This document shows positions 62,452 to 64,000 of a DNA stretch of 64,000 bases, in pieces. Within the stretch, counting starts at the first letter, position 1. Each line of letters begins with the position of its first letter. A model generated the notes under the pieces. That model was not told where the DNA came from. It saw only the letters and a list, made by a program, of their open reading frames with translations, and did no database searches. Source of the stretch: Malacoraja senta (Eukaryota); contig CM075987.1 in NCBI GenBank assembly GCA_038087875.1, positions 23,314,001 to 23,378,000 on the forward strand. Direction: 5' to 3'. The position numbers and the translations under genes were made by a program.

Positions 62452-63205
62452 AAAGGTTCGTCTTTTTATTCTGAGGCTGTGCACTGGTCCTGGACTCTCC
62501 AACTAGTTGAAACTTCCTCTCCCATGGTCTGCATCTCTCTATTCCCTGCCTGTTCATGTATCAGTCTAAATGCCTCTTCAACATAGCATCGTGCCTGGTT
62601 CCACCATTTCCCTGGCAGCACAATCCAGGTTCTACCTTCCCCCGTGTACATAAACTTGCCTCGCAAATCTCCTTTAAATTCCCCCCCTCTCACTTTAAAC
62701 CTATGCCTTCCATCCTGGGATAAAAAGACACCTATTTACACCTCTCATCATTTCATTTAATTCTAGCAGATCAAGCAGCATCTCAGGAGAGAGAAGCAGA
62801 GATGATCTTCTCTGTATCGATACAAGCAACAAGAGGCGGTTAGAACACTAAATCGAAAGGAAAAGTGTCGTACTCTGTGATAGTGAGTAACAGGGCAATG
62901 GCTGTTCACAGCTCAGGATCAGAAGTCCAACAGCGATGATCAATAGGAGACTTGGATCCTGATCCCACACTGCCAGTCCTGGCTCAGGGTCCCACCATTC
63001 TTGGACTGCTCGCACTGTGGAAGGCTTGGGCTACTTCAACCTTGGTCTGAAACAACTCCGCTGGTGGTGGAGACCGGAAAAATCTCAATCTGCCGTAGTG
63101 AAGGAGTGAACGGGTAATAATAACTCAGACTGCACCAATGAATGAAGAATTAGACAGAGCACAGGCTGGAGGTGGAAGCTACACAGGTCGTGTGATAGGG
63201 AGGAG

Positions 63206-63870
63206 ATAATAATAATAATAATAATAGATTTTATTTATATAGCGCTTTTCAGGACTCAAAGTCACTTTACAATTGAGAGTCAGGAATAAACAAAACAAAA
63301 TAGAGCAGTAAGACAGAGGGGAGGGGAACATGGGACTAAGGGTATGCAGAGGTGAAGAGATGGGTCTTGAGGCGGGACTGGAAGATGGTGAGGGACTCAG
63401 AATTTCGGACCGGTTGTGGGAGGGAATTCCAGAGCCTGGGAGCTGCCCTGGAGAAGGCTCTGCCTCCAAAAGTGCAGAGGTTTGATTTCGGAGTGGAGAG
63501 GAGACCAGCTGATGTGGATCTGAGGGACCGTGAGGGTTGGTAGGGGGAGAGGAGGTTAATGAGATAAGGGGGGGCCAGGTTGTTGAGGGCTTTGTAGGTG
63601 AGGACCAGGATTTTGTAGGTGATCCGGTGGGAAATGGGAAGCCAGTGAAGTTCTTTGAGAACTGGGGTGATGTGGTGCCAGGATTTGGTGTGGGTAATGA
63701 GTCGAGCGGCTGCATTTTGGACCAGTTGGAGTCGTTTGATGCTGCTGGAATTGATTCCGAAAAGAAGAGAGTTACAGTAGTCCAGTCGGGAGGAGATGAA
63801 GGCATGGATGAGTCTTTCAGCAGCGGGGGGTGTGAGAGAGGATCTGATTTTTGCAATGTTGCGGAGGCAA
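63206..63870 (-). mobile_element. L2-clade LINE 3' fragment
   Basis: LRNIAKIRSSL..HAFISSRLDYCNSLL..LQLVQNAAARL..LHWLPI..FQSRLKTHLF* with a (TTA)n tail. Confidence 0.93.
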
Positions 63871-64000
63871 TGATGGGGCTCAGACTGTGTCAGAGGGAGG
63901 GGAATGTGTGAGAGGGAGTGGTGATGATGGACCTCATATTGAGTGAGAGGAGGGGAGATGATGGGGCTCATATTATGTAAACGGCAGATGATGGGACACA

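Noticed and set aside
27244..64000. RXRB or RDH8 exons expected from mammalian synteny
   Set aside because: No nuclear-receptor or dehydrogenase peptides were recognised on either strand.

Overview
Eukaryotic genomic DNA from an elasmobranch, most likely a skate or ray, judged by abundant HE1-type V-SINEs, HER1/CR1 LINE tails and Penelope remnants. There are two 200-N assembly gaps (781-980 and 24811-25010). The only recognisable host gene is a minus-strand clade-B fibrillar collagen (type XI/V alpha chain; paralog unresolved). Its signal-peptide exon 1 lies at 27144-27243. Nine consecutive 54/45-bp Gly-X-Y exons lie between 23477 and 224; one is cut by a gap, and the gene continues off the left edge. 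The exons expected between exon 1 and the first visible helix exon are absent, probably lost in the second gap. The rest of the window is intronic and upstream DNA dense in transposons and satellites. The main oddities are: (1) a 139-bp retroposed element with a 12-bp target-site duplication (TSD) whose 5' end folds as a minimal HDV-like ribozyme; (2) many ~140-bp Penelope-derived units carrying a minimal hammerhead motif, some with TSDs and many as palindromes; (3) an L2-Penelope chimeric insertion; (4) an internally deleted Gypsy provirus with an intact RNaseH-integrase frame; (5) a 3.4-kb composite hAT element carrying long hairpins; (6) an ~8-kb ancient degenerate ~21-bp satellite in a collagen intron. 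All structures were read by eye, and no database searches were possible.
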